From the NCBI GenBank assembly GCA_963720545.1, contig OY970399.1:256001-320000 (forward strand): a stretch of 64,000 nucleotides of DNA, read 5' to 3'. The notes under the pieces are model-generated. The model did not search any database, was not told where the DNA came from, and was given only the letters and a program-made list of their open reading frames with translations. Shown piece by piece: positions 48,400-57,040 of the stretch. The stretch comes from an uncultured Acidobacteriota bacterium (GTDB taxonomy: Bacteria; Acidobacteriota; Vicinamibacteria; Fen-336). The translations under genes and the position numbers were made by a program. The number at the start of each line of letters is the position of its first letter. Position 1 is the stretch's first letter.

Positions 48400-49625
48400 G
48401 CGGCGCCCTGGTGGACGTCGCCATCATCGGCGCCGGCCCTTACGGCATGTCGCTGTCCTCGCAGCTGAGCGCTGCGCGCATCGACCACCGCATCTTCGGC
48501 CTGCCGATGCAGACCTGGCGCGACATGCCGCCGGGAATGTTCCTGAAGTCCTTCGGCTTCGCGGTCACGCTCCCGAGCCCCTATCCCGAACGCAATCTGC
48601 CGAGCTTCTGCCGCGCCGAAGGCATCGAGCACTTCGAGCCGGTGCCGACCGCGGCGTTCGTCCGCTACGGCGAGCAGTTCCAGCGCGACCTGGTGCCGCA
48701 TCTCGAGAAGACCATGGTGCTGCGGCTGCTGCGCGACGGCGACTTCGTGCTGGAGCTGGAGAACGGCGAGAGCGTGCGCGCGCGCCGTGTGGCGATCGCG
48801 ACCGGGCTCAACCACCTCGCGTACGTTCCCGAGCAGCTCGCCGCGCTGCCGGCGGGGCGGGTGAGCCATCCGTCGCGCCGGCTCGACTACGCGCTCTATG
48901 CGGACCGCGACGTGGTGGTGGTGGGCCGCGGTCAGTCGGCGATCGAGGCCGCGGTGCTGCTGCACGAACACGGCGCGCGCGTGCGGCTCCTGGGGCGCAA
49001 GCGGCTCGACTGGAGCCAGCGCTTCGACCGCAACCGCTCGCTGCTGCGCCGGCTGATGCGGCCGAACTCGGTGGTGGGAGCCAGCTGGGTCAGCTACCTG
49101 CTGCAACACTATCCGATGCTCGGCTATCACATTCCCGAGCGGCTGCGCCTGTGGCTCACCCGCACCTACCTCGGGCCTGCCGGCGCCTGGTGGGTGCGCG
49201 ACCGCTTCGAGCACCGCGTGGCCTTCGACGACGACGTCGCCGCACTGGCGGCAGCGCCCGAAGGCGACCGCCTGCTCATGACGATCACCACGGCATCCGG
49301 CTCGCGCCGGCGTTTCACGGCCGACCATATCGTCTCCGGCACCGGTTATCGCTTCGAACTCGATCGCCTGCCGTACATGGACCCGGCGCTGCGCGGCTCC
49401 CTGCGGCGGATCGCGCTCGCGCCGGCGCTCGACCGCGACTGCCAGTCGTCGGTGCCCGGGCTCTACTTCATGGGTCCGCTCGGCGCACCGACTTTCGGAC
49501 CGATGCAGCGCTTCGTCGCCGGCTCGCGCTTCGCGACACCCACGGTCTTCCGGCACATCAAGGCCGCGCTTCGGGCAGCCGCCTCGGTCCCGGCCACGCG
49601 CCGCAGCGAGCGCGCCACCCAATGA
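48396..49625 (+). CDS. FAD/NAD(P)-dependent oxidoreductase (class B flavoprotein-like)
   Basis: IIGAGPYG, MPPGMFLKS, IATG, VVGRGQSAIE, GTGYR, SSVPGLYF; ATGA coupling. Confidence 0.85.
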   Translation: MSGALVDVAIIGAGPYGMSLSSQLSAARIDHRIFGLPMQTWRDMPPGMFLKSFGFAVTLPSPYPERNLPSFCRAEGIEHFEPVPTAAFVRYGEQFQRDLVPHLEKTMVLRLLRDGDFVLELENGESVRARRVAIATGLNHLAYVPEQLAALPAGRVSHPSRRLDYALYADRDVVVVGRGQSAIEAAVLLHEHGARVRLLGRKRLDWSQRFDRNRSLLRRLMRPNSVVGASWVSYLLQHYPMLGYHIPERLRLWLTRTYLGPAGAWWVRDRFEHRVAFDDDVAALAAAPEGDRLLMTITTASGSRRRFTADHIVSGTGYRFELDRLPYMDPALRGSLRRIALAPALDRDCQSSVPGLYFMGPLGAPTFGPMQRFVAGSRFATPTVFRHIKAALRAAASVPATRRSERATQ

Positions 49626-51313
49626 CCAAGCCGCCGCGGGTGCTGATCGTCGGGGTGGATGGCGCCACCTTCGACAACATCAGGCCGTGGGCCGAGGCGG
49701 GGCTGCTGCCGAACTTCAGGAAATTCCTCGACCAGGGCGCCGCGGGCACGCTCCGCTCCACCATCCCGCCGCTGACGGCGCCGGCGTGGACTTCGTTCAT
49801 GACCGGCAAGAACCCGGGCAAGCACGGGCTCTACAACTTCGTCGAGCGCAAGCAGGACAGCTACGAGATCCGCTACTCGAACGCGCGCACCCGCCATGCG
49901 AGCACGCTCTGGCAGATCCTCAGCGACGCCGCGCTGCGCGTCGGCGTGCTCAACGTGCCGATGACCTATCCGCCCGAGGCGGTCAACGGCTACATGATCT
50001 CCGGACTGGACGCGCCGGAGGACGGACCGGCCGCGGTCTATCCGCGTGAGCTCCACGCCGAACTGAAGGAGCGCTTCGGTCCGATCAACCGCCAGTACCG
50101 CTACCTCGGCAACCTCACCGACGACCACCGCAAGAGCGTCCTCGACACGCTCGAGGAGATCGACGGCCACTACCACCGCGTCGCCGACTACCTGCTCGAG
50201 GCGCACCCGGTGGACGTCGCGATGGTCGTGTGGACCTCGAGCGACACGGTGCAGCATTTTTTCTACCACTACCTCGACCGCTCGCACCCGCAGTACGACG
50301 CGGCGGGCGCCGAGCGCTACGGCGACGCGGTGCTGCGCACCCACCAGCGCATCGACGCCATCATCGGCGCGCTGGCGCAGCGGCTCGACGGCGACGGCAC
50401 GCTCATCGTCATGTCCGACCACGGCTTCCGCGGCACCAGCGGCAGGCTGTTGCGCCTCAACCGCTTCCTCGAGGAACTCGGGCTCATGAAGCGCAAGGCG
50501 CCGGCGACCCAGCCGGTGGCGCCGGTGTTCGGGGTCGTCGACCGGCTGCTGCGACGGCACCTCACCTCGCGCAACAAGGAGCGGCTCGCCGCCTGGTTCC
50601 CGCGCCTGCGCGCCAAATGGGAATCGCAGTCGCGCGGCCTGCACGGCGTCGACTGGGGCGCGACCAAGGCGTTCGCCAGCGACCTCGAGATCTTTCCGCC
50701 GCGCGTCTGGATCAACCAGCAGGGCGTCTTCCCCTCGGGAATCGTCGCCGCCGCCGACAAGGAGCCGCTCCTCGACTTCATCGTCGAGAAGCTCTACACG
50801 CTCAAGGACCCGCTCACCGGCAGGCAACTGATCGAGAAAGTCTGGCGCAAGGAAGAGATCTACCACGGCGACGAGCTCGATCGCGCGCCCGACCTGACCA
50901 TCGGCTGCTGGGACGGCATCAGCTTCGTCGGCGCCGGCACCCGCCGCGGCACCGACACCGTCTCGATCGTGAGCGGCGAGCCCGGCGCCGGCGAATGGAC
51001 CGGGGCGCACGCGATGCAGGGAATCGTGGGCTTCCTCGGCAAGGCGTTCCGCCCGACGGCCCTGCAGGGAGCCGACATCGTCGACGTGGTGCCGACAGTG
51101 CTGCACCTGCTCGGCCTCGAGATTCCCGAGGACATCGATGGCCGGGTCCTCGACGAGGCGTTCACCGACGAGTTTCGCCAGGTGCGCGGCGCTCCGCGGC
51201 GCGGCAGCCCCCGGGGCGGCGACGCCACCGCCGCGCGCGAGGCCGAAACCTACACGGACGACGAGAGCGAGAAGGTGGCCGAGCGCCTGCGCGGCCTCGG
51301 CTACACCGAGTAG
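49622..51313 (+). CDS. Alkaline phosphatase superfamily protein with C-terminal RLxxLGY tail (close paralog of 34792-36504)
   Basis: GVDG, PPLTAPAWTSFMTGKNPGKHG, SDTVQH, SDHG, GAH; ends ERLRGLGYTE. Confidence 0.88.
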   Translation: MTKPPRVLIVGVDGATFDNIRPWAEAGLLPNFRKFLDQGAAGTLRSTIPPLTAPAWTSFMTGKNPGKHGLYNFVERKQDSYEIRYSNARTRHASTLWQILSDAALRVGVLNVPMTYPPEAVNGYMISGLDAPEDGPAAVYPRELHAELKERFGPINRQYRYLGNLTDDHRKSVLDTLEEIDGHYHRVADYLLEAHPVDVAMVVWTSSDTVQHFFYHYLDRSHPQYDAAGAERYGDAVLRTHQRIDAIIGALAQRLDGDGTLIVMSDHGFRGTSGRLLRLNRFLEELGLMKRKAPATQPVAPVFGVVDRLLRRHLTSRNKERLAAWFPRLRAKWESQSRGLHGVDWGATKAFASDLEIFPPRVWINQQGVFPSGIVAAADKEPLLDFIVEKLYTLKDPLTGRQLIEKVWRKEEIYHGDELDRAPDLTIGCWDGISFVGAGTRRGTDTVSIVSGEPGAGEWTGAHAMQGIVGFLGKAFRPTALQGADIVDVVPTVLHLLGLEIPEDIDGRVLDEAFTDEFRQVRGAPRRGSPRGGDATAAREAETYTDDESEKVAERLRGLGYTE

Positions 51314-51316
51314 GCG

Positions 51317-52966
51317 CTAGAAGAGCCCGACGACCTTGCCGTCGACGAGGTCGATCGACTCCGCAGCCGGCACCTTCGGCAGCCCCGGCATCGTCATCAC
51401 CTCGCCGCAGATCATCACCACGAACTCGGCGCCGGCCGCGAGCCGCACCTCGCGCACGTTGACGACATGCCCCGAGGGCGCGCCGCGCAGCTGCGGGTCG
51501 GTCGAGAACGAGTACTGGGTCTTGGCGACGCACACCGCGTAGCGGCCATAGCCCTGGTCCTGCAGCCGCTTGACCTGGTTGCGCACCTTGGTATCGGCGG
51601 TGATCTCCGAGGCGTGATAGACGGTCTTCGCGATCTTGCCCATCTTGGTCCACAGCGTGTCGTCGTCCTCGTAGACGAAGCGCATGGTGGACGGCTGCTC
51701 GCACAGCGAGACCACGATCTCGGCGAGTTCGGTGGCGCCCGCGCCACCGTTGGCCCAGTGCGTGGACAGCACCACCGGCACGCCCAGCGCCGCCATCCGC
51801 TGCCGTACCGCCTCGACCTCCGCCGGCGCATCGAGCGTGAAGGCGTTGATCGAGACGACGCACGGCAGCCCGTAGGCATCGCGAATGTTGGCGACGTGGC
51901 GTTCCAGGTTGACGAGGCCCTTGTGCAGCGCGGCCAGGTCTTCGCCGCCGCCGTGATGCTTCAGCGCGCGGATGGTCGCGACCAGCACCGCGGCGCTCGG
52001 CCGCAGGCCCGCCTTGCGGCACTTGATGTCGACGAACTTCTCGGCGCCGAGGTCGGCGCCGAAGCCGGCCTCGGTGACCACGTAGTCGGCGAGCTTCAGG
52101 GCGTTGCGGGTCGCGACCACCGAGTTGCAGCCGTGCGCGATGTTGGCGAACGGGCCGCCGTGCACGAATGCCGGCGTGTGCTCGAGGGTCTGCACGAGGT
52201 TCGGCGCCAGCGCGTCCTTCAGCAGCACCGCCATGGCGCCGTTGGCCTTCAGGTCGCGAGCGGTGACCGGCTGCCAGGCGCGGGTGTAGCCGACGACGAT
52301 GTTGCCGAGGCGCTCCTTGAGGTCGGCGAGCGAGGTGGCGAGGCAGAAGATCGCCATCACCTCGGAGGCCACCACGATGTCGAAGCCGTCCTCGCGCGGC
52401 GAGCCGTTGGCGCGTCCGCCGAGCCCCACCACGATGTTGCGCAGCGCGCGGTCGTTCATGTCGACGACGCGCCGCCACTGGATGTGGCCAAGGTCCACGC
52501 CGAGCGCGTTGCCGTGGTTGATGTGGTTGTCGAGCAGCGCCGCCAGCAGGTTGTTGGCGAGGCCGATGGCGTTGAAGTCGCCGGTGAAGTGCAGGTTGAT
52601 GTCTTCCATCGGCACCACCTGCGCGTAGCCACCGCCGGCAGCGCCCCCCTTCATGCCGAACACCGGGCCCAGCGAGGGCTCGCGCAGGCAGATCATCGAC
52701 TTCCTGCCGATGCGCCGCAGCGCGTCGCCGAGGCCCACCGTCGTCGTGGTCTTGCCCTCGCCCGCGGGCGTCGGCGTCACCGCGGTGACCAGCACCAGCT
52801 TGCCGTCGGGCCGGTCCTTGAACGACTCGAGATAGTCGAGTGGCACCTTCGCCTTGTAGTGGCCGTAAGGAATGAGCCGCGCCTGGTCGAGGCCCAGTTT
52901 CTCCGCGGCCACCTGGGCGATCGGCTGCAGCGTCGCGGCTTGTGCTATCTCGATGTTCGAAGTCAT
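51317..52966 (-). CDS. fhs: Formate--tetrahydrofolate ligase
   Basis: [51 protein letters not shown]. Confidence 0.97.
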   Translation of the reverse strand: MTSNIEIAQAATLQPIAQVAAEKLGLDQARLIPYGHYKAKVPLDYLESFKDRPDGKLVLVTAVTPTPAGEGKTTTTVGLGDALRRIGRKSMICLREPSLGPVFGMKGGAAGGGYAQVVPMEDINLHFTGDFNAIGLANNLLAALLDNHINHGNALGVDLGHIQWRRVVDMNDRALRNIVVGLGGRANGSPREDGFDIVVASEVMAIFCLATSLADLKERLGNIVVGYTRAWQPVTARDLKANGAMAVLLKDALAPNLVQTLEHTPAFVHGGPFANIAHGCNSVVATRNALKLADYVVTEAGFGADLGAEKFVDIKCRKAGLRPSAAVLVATIRALKHHGGGEDLAALHKGLVNLERHVANIRDAYGLPCVVSINAFTLDAPAEVEAVRQRMAALGVPVVLSTHWANGGAGATELAEIVVSLCEQPSTMRFVYEDDDTLWTKMGKIAKTVYHASEITADTKVRNQVKRLQDQGYGRYAVCVAKTQYSFSTDPQLRGAPSGHVVNVREVRLAAGAEFVVMICGEVMTMPGLPKVPAAESIDLVDGKVVGLF

Positions 52967-54246
52967 GCGCTCTCCGGTCTGATCCTGCCTGCAGGTGTGC
53001 GGCGCGCGTTCCAGGCGTAGAGCGCGCCGATGACGATGAGCACGAGCAAGGCGCTGAACGCCAGCGAGCGGTGCACGCCGATTGCCGCCCCGAGGAGTCC
53101 GACGCTGACGCCGGCGAAGGTGCGCATGCCGAGTGATGACGTCGCGTAGAGTCCGATCACGCGGCCGCGGATGTGGCTGGGCGCGCGCAGCTGCACGATC
53201 GTCTGCGCCATCGAGTTGAAGGCGAGCTCCATGAAGCCGGTGACGAACAGCATCAGCAGCGCCAGCTGGTAGCTGCCGGCGAATGCGAAGGACGCGATCG
53301 CCGCGCACCACAAGGCACCGAGGCCGAGCGCCGTTGCCGGCGTCATCGGCAGGATGCGCCGCGCCTCGAGCACCAGCGCGCCGAGCAGCGCGCCGGCAGC
53401 GTCGGCGGCGATGAGGGCGCTGTAGGCGATGCCGGCGCGGCCGTGGCCAAGCTCGTTGGCGAACGCCGGCATCTGCGCCTGATAGGCGTTGCCGACGAAG
53501 AACGCGGCGCCGCCGCTCAGCAGGATCATCGCCATGAGCGACCGGTCGCTCGCGACTTCGCGCAGCGTCTGCACCAGGTCGCCGAGGCTCTTCATCGCCA
53601 CGCGTGCGACCGCGGGACCGACGCGGTGGCGCGGGCCATAGGGCGCCCGCCACAGCCACAGGATCGACGGCAGGTAGAAGACCGCGTTGAGGAGGATGCC
53701 CCAGGTGGGGCCGAGCGCGATCATCAGGATGCTGCCGAGCGCGGGCCCGGCGAGCAGGCCGAGGTAACGCGCGGTGGCATTGAGGCGGACTGCGCTCGGC
53801 AGCTCGTCGGCCGCGACTATGTCATAGAGAAGCACCTGGCCGACCGGCCCCCAGAAGACCCCGGCGATGCCGTGCAGGCTCAGCAGCACCACCGCGTGCC
53901 AGACGCGCAGGACATCGAAGAGGAAGAGCAGCCCCCAGATGAGCGACACCGACATGAAGATCGACATGCCGATTTGGATGAGGCGGCGCGGGTCCTTGCG
54001 GTCGGCGAGCGAACCGGTCCAGACGGAGAACAGCAGGTAGGGAAGCCAGTGCGAGATCACGGCGAAACCGCCGAGCGCCGGCGAGTGGAACTTCTGGAAC
54101 ACCACCCAGTAGCTGATCACGTGTTCGCAGCTGTCCGCCATCATCGCCAGCATGTTGGTGGTGAAGAAGGCGCGATAGCCGGGTTTGCGGAAGGCGGCGA
54201 ACGAACGCACCGGCGCGGTGGTGCTGGCCATGGGAGCTGCGGACAC
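52963..54246 (-). CDS. MFS transporter
   Basis: About 12 TMs; [19 protein letters not shown]. Confidence 0.88.
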   Translation of the reverse strand: MSAAPMASTTAPVRSFAAFRKPGYRAFFTTNMLAMMADSCEHVISYWVVFQKFHSPALGGFAVISHWLPYLLFSVWTGSLADRKDPRRLIQIGMSIFMSVSLIWGLLFLFDVLRVWHAVVLLSLHGIAGVFWGPVGQVLLYDIVAADELPSAVRLNATARYLGLLAGPALGSILMIALGPTWGILLNAVFYLPSILWLWRAPYGPRHRVGPAVARVAMKSLGDLVQTLREVASDRSLMAMILLSGGAAFFVGNAYQAQMPAFANELGHGRAGIAYSALIAADAAGALLGALVLEARRILPMTPATALGLGALWCAAIASFAFAGSYQLALLMLFVTGFMELAFNSMAQTIVQLRAPSHIRGRVIGLYATSSLGMRTFAGVSVGLLGAAIGVHRSLAFSALLVLIVIGALYAWNARRTPAGRIRPESA

Positions 54247-54256
54247 GACCCTCGGT

Positions 54257-54670
54257 CTACTTCTTCGCGGCGCGCCGGCTCTGTGCCGCGGCGTTTTTGG
54301 CCACCGCTGCGCGAATCAGCGCCTTGAAGGCGGCCGCGTTCAGCACTTCACCCTCGCGAATGTCGATGGCACGGCGCGTGTTTCCTTCGAGGCTCGAGTT
54401 GAACAGCTTGCGCGGGTCGGGCAGCGAGGCCCCCTGGAAGAAGGTGAGCTTCACGACCTGCTTGTACGACTCGCCGGTGCAGATGCCGCCGTCATGCGAC
54501 CACACCGGCGTCCCCATCCATTTCCACTCTTCCCGGACCTGCGGGTCGACGGCGTGAATGAGTTCGCGAACCCGGGCGAGTGTGGTGCCGCGCCAATCGC
54601 CCAGCGACTCGATCTTCTTCGTGATGTTCTTCGCAGCGGCTGCGCCGCTCGGGCCCTTGGTCGCGGTCAT
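54257..54670 (-). CDS. DUF1801 domain protein
   Basis: DWRG...EEWKWMGTPVW...KLTFFQGASLPDP..LFNSSLEGNTRRAID. Confidence 0.85.
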   Translation of the reverse strand: MTATKGPSGAAAAKNITKKIESLGDWRGTTLARVRELIHAVDPQVREEWKWMGTPVWSHDGGICTGESYKQVVKLTFFQGASLPDPRKLFNSSLEGNTRRAIDIREGEVLNAAAFKALIRAAVAKNAAAQSRRAAKK

Positions 54671-54704
54671 CGAAACGGAAGGCTAACATTTGCCGCGAAC
54701 CCTC

Positions 54705-55448
54705 ATGAAGCACGCCGGCATCCTCGCGCACAGCGCCGACGGCGCGTCGCTCTGCTTCCTCGAAATGTGCCGCGAGGGCGAGCGCGTGCTGGGCAGCCAC
54801 CAACACCCGGAGATCACGCTCAGCATCCAGCCGATGGGCGAAGCGCTACCGGCATGGGAACGCATGGACCTGGCGTTTCTCCGCGACTACCTTGCACAAA
54901 CTGCGGCGCGCCTCGCTGCGGCCGGCTGCGACTTCTTCCTGTGTCCCGACAACACCGCGCACCTGGCGCTCGAGGCAGTGGGGAAGCCGGCCCTGCCGCT
55001 GCCCGGTCTGCACATCGCCGAGCTCGTGGCCGAGCGCGCCCGCTCCGAGGGCCGCAGGCGCCTCGGCCTGCTCGGCACCAGCTGGACCATGGAGGGTCCG
55101 ACCTATCGAGACGCGTGCGCGCGGCGCGGCATCGACGTGCTCACTCCGCCGCCCGAGGAGCGCACCCTCGTCAACCGCATCATCTTCGATGAGCTGTGTC
55201 GCGGCATCCTCGCGGACGAGTCGCGCGCTGCGTATCTGCGTGTCATCGAAGGCCTGCAGCAGCGCGGCTGCGACGCGGTGGCGCTCAGCTGCACCGAGAT
55301 CCCGCTGCTGGTCACGCCGGAGGTTTCGCCGCTGCCGACCCTCGACTCGACGCGCCTGCTGGCGCGAGCAGCAGTCGCGGTGGCCGCCGGCCTCGCGCCG
55401 ATGCCCGTTTGGCGCGGCGGCCCGCTGGCTGCCCCTGCAGACGCCTAG
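54705..55448 (+). CDS. Aspartate/glutamate racemase family protein
   Basis: CPDNTAH, LGLLGT.WTM, IIFDEL..G, SCTEIP, DSTR. Confidence 0.85.
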   Translation: MKHAGILAHSADGASLCFLEMCREGERVLGSHQHPEITLSIQPMGEALPAWERMDLAFLRDYLAQTAARLAAAGCDFFLCPDNTAHLALEAVGKPALPLPGLHIAELVAERARSEGRRRLGLLGTSWTMEGPTYRDACARRGIDVLTPPPEERTLVNRIIFDELCRGILADESRAAYLRVIEGLQQRGCDAVALSCTEIPLLVTPEVSPLPTLDSTRLLARAAVAVAAGLAPMPVWRGGPLAAPADA

Positions 55449-56920
55449 CGAAAAGCTGCGGCCAGCCGGCCGCGCCGGAACGCATGGCGCAGCGCGAATA
55501 CCGCAACGGCGGCGGTGAGGATCTGCGGCACCAGATTGACTACCGCAAGCAGCCGCGGACCGACGATCCGCCAGTCGATGGGGTAGTAGACGTTGAGCCC
55601 GGCCCAGACGAGGAGCACAATCGCCATGGTGCGCGGCCGCGGCTGCTGCTTCGCGGCCACCAGCGTCAGGAGCCACAGCACGGGAAAGACGCTGTAACCC
55701 TGCGGCAGGAACGGGCTGCGCAGCGTCGCGAGCGTCAGCAGCGCCAGCCAGACGAGCGGTTGGTCCTCAGCCTGCACGCGGCGGCGCGCCGCTGTCAGGA
55801 CCACGGCCACGAGCACCACCGTGTAGACCCAGCCGAGCGCCTTCGACGCGACGAAGCCCATGCCGGGCACGCCGAACAGCTTGAGCTTGAAGACGAGGCC
55901 GGGAACGGAGCCGTTGATCGCTGTCGCGGCGGGATTGCGAAACGCCGGAAACGCCTCGCCGCCAAGCAGGCCTGAGAGGTGCGACAGAAATTCTCGATAC
56001 GGCCCGATGCCGGTGTCGGCGAGGCTCGCCGCCAGGAGCACGACGCCAAAACCGGCGGTCCACGCAGCAGCCCGCCAGCGGCGGCTCGCGAGCAGGTACA
56101 GCACGAGCATCCCGGGATAGAGCTTGCTCACGGTCGCGAACGCCAGCAGCAAACCGCCGGCGGCGAACGACTGGCGCTCGAACAGCAGCATCGCGAGCAG
56201 CGCGGCCGCGATGACCACCTGCTGGACGTTGCCTTTCTGCAGCGTGTTGAGCGTGGCGATGCCGGCCCAGATGAGCGGGATCAGCAGCACCGCCCGGTTG
56301 CCCTCGGGAGGCGGCAGCGCGCGTGCCACTGTCATCATCGCCACCAGCAGTGCCGCGATCGACAACCCGAACCACAGCGCCCGCATGCCATCGAAATCTC
56401 TCGCCAGGAGCAACAGCGCCCGCGGCAGCAGCAGGAACGGTGGCGGATACTCGAACACGTCCACGTTGAACGGCCCGAGCCGCAGCGGACGACGCGGTTT
56501 CGCGGGGTCGTCGCCGGGTTCCGTGTAGAGCGAGGTGTCGTAGACGCTGCGAGCGCCGAGGTTGCCGGCCGCCACGTAGTAGGCCGTGAAGCACGAGTGG
56601 CGAACCTCCCACTCGCTGCCCGGCACCGTCGACCAGGCGCTCTGGGCGGGTGCGACCATGAACACGGCAAGGCGCGCCACCTGCCACAAGGCAACAAGCG
56701 CAGCCACCGCGCAGGTCGCTTTCAGCCAGCGCGGTTCGGCGGCGACGGTGGGACCGAGCGGCGGCCGGTTGCGAAGCAAGGCCGCGACGCCGAGCGCAGC
56801 GACACCGAAGGCAACCCACGCCAGCGTTTGCGACGCAGTGATGCCGAACGCCGCCGCGTAGCCACAGATGCCTGCGGCTCCGGCAAGGATGAGGACAACA
56901 ACCAGGTTGGCGCGGGTCAA
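55445..56920 (-). CDS. GT87/DUF2029-like GT-C membrane glycosyltransferase
   Basis: FEYPPPF, LQKGN, KLYP, NGS; many TMs. Confidence 0.75.
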   Translation of the reverse strand: MTRANLVVVLILAGAAGICGYAAAFGITASQTLAWVAFGVAALGVAALLRNRPPLGPTVAAEPRWLKATCAVAALVALWQVARLAVFMVAPAQSAWSTVPGSEWEVRHSCFTAYYVAAGNLGARSVYDTSLYTEPGDDPAKPRRPLRLGPFNVDVFEYPPPFLLLPRALLLLARDFDGMRALWFGLSIAALLVAMMTVARALPPPEGNRAVLLIPLIWAGIATLNTLQKGNVQQVVIAAALLAMLLFERQSFAAGGLLLAFATVSKLYPGMLVLYLLASRRWRAAAWTAGFGVVLLAASLADTGIGPYREFLSHLSGLLGGEAFPAFRNPAATAINGSVPGLVFKLKLFGVPGMGFVASKALGWVYTVVLVAVVLTAARRRVQAEDQPLVWLALLTLATLRSPFLPQGYSVFPVLWLLTLVAAKQQPRPRTMAIVLLVWAGLNVYYPIDWRIVGPRLLAVVNLVPQILTAAVAVFALRHAFRRGRLAAAFR

Positions 56921-57040
56921 GGTGGGCGAACCCTAGCAAGGCGCAGTTGGGCTAATCCGGTTAGAAACCTCAGAAAATTCTAAAACCGCCAAATTGCTGT
57001 CTTGGTCCGGCCTGCGAAGGCGTCCGCGAGCAGCCGCGGA

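Noticed and set aside
24488..51313. Calling the four AP-superfamily proteins formylglycine sulfatases
   Set aside because: They have no (C/S)xPxR motif; the motifs are NPP/phosphodiesterase-like.
51317..55448. fhs and the racemase as suppliers for the glycan locus
   Set aside because: fhs is convergent to the locus, no formyltransferase is seen, and proximity is the only evidence.
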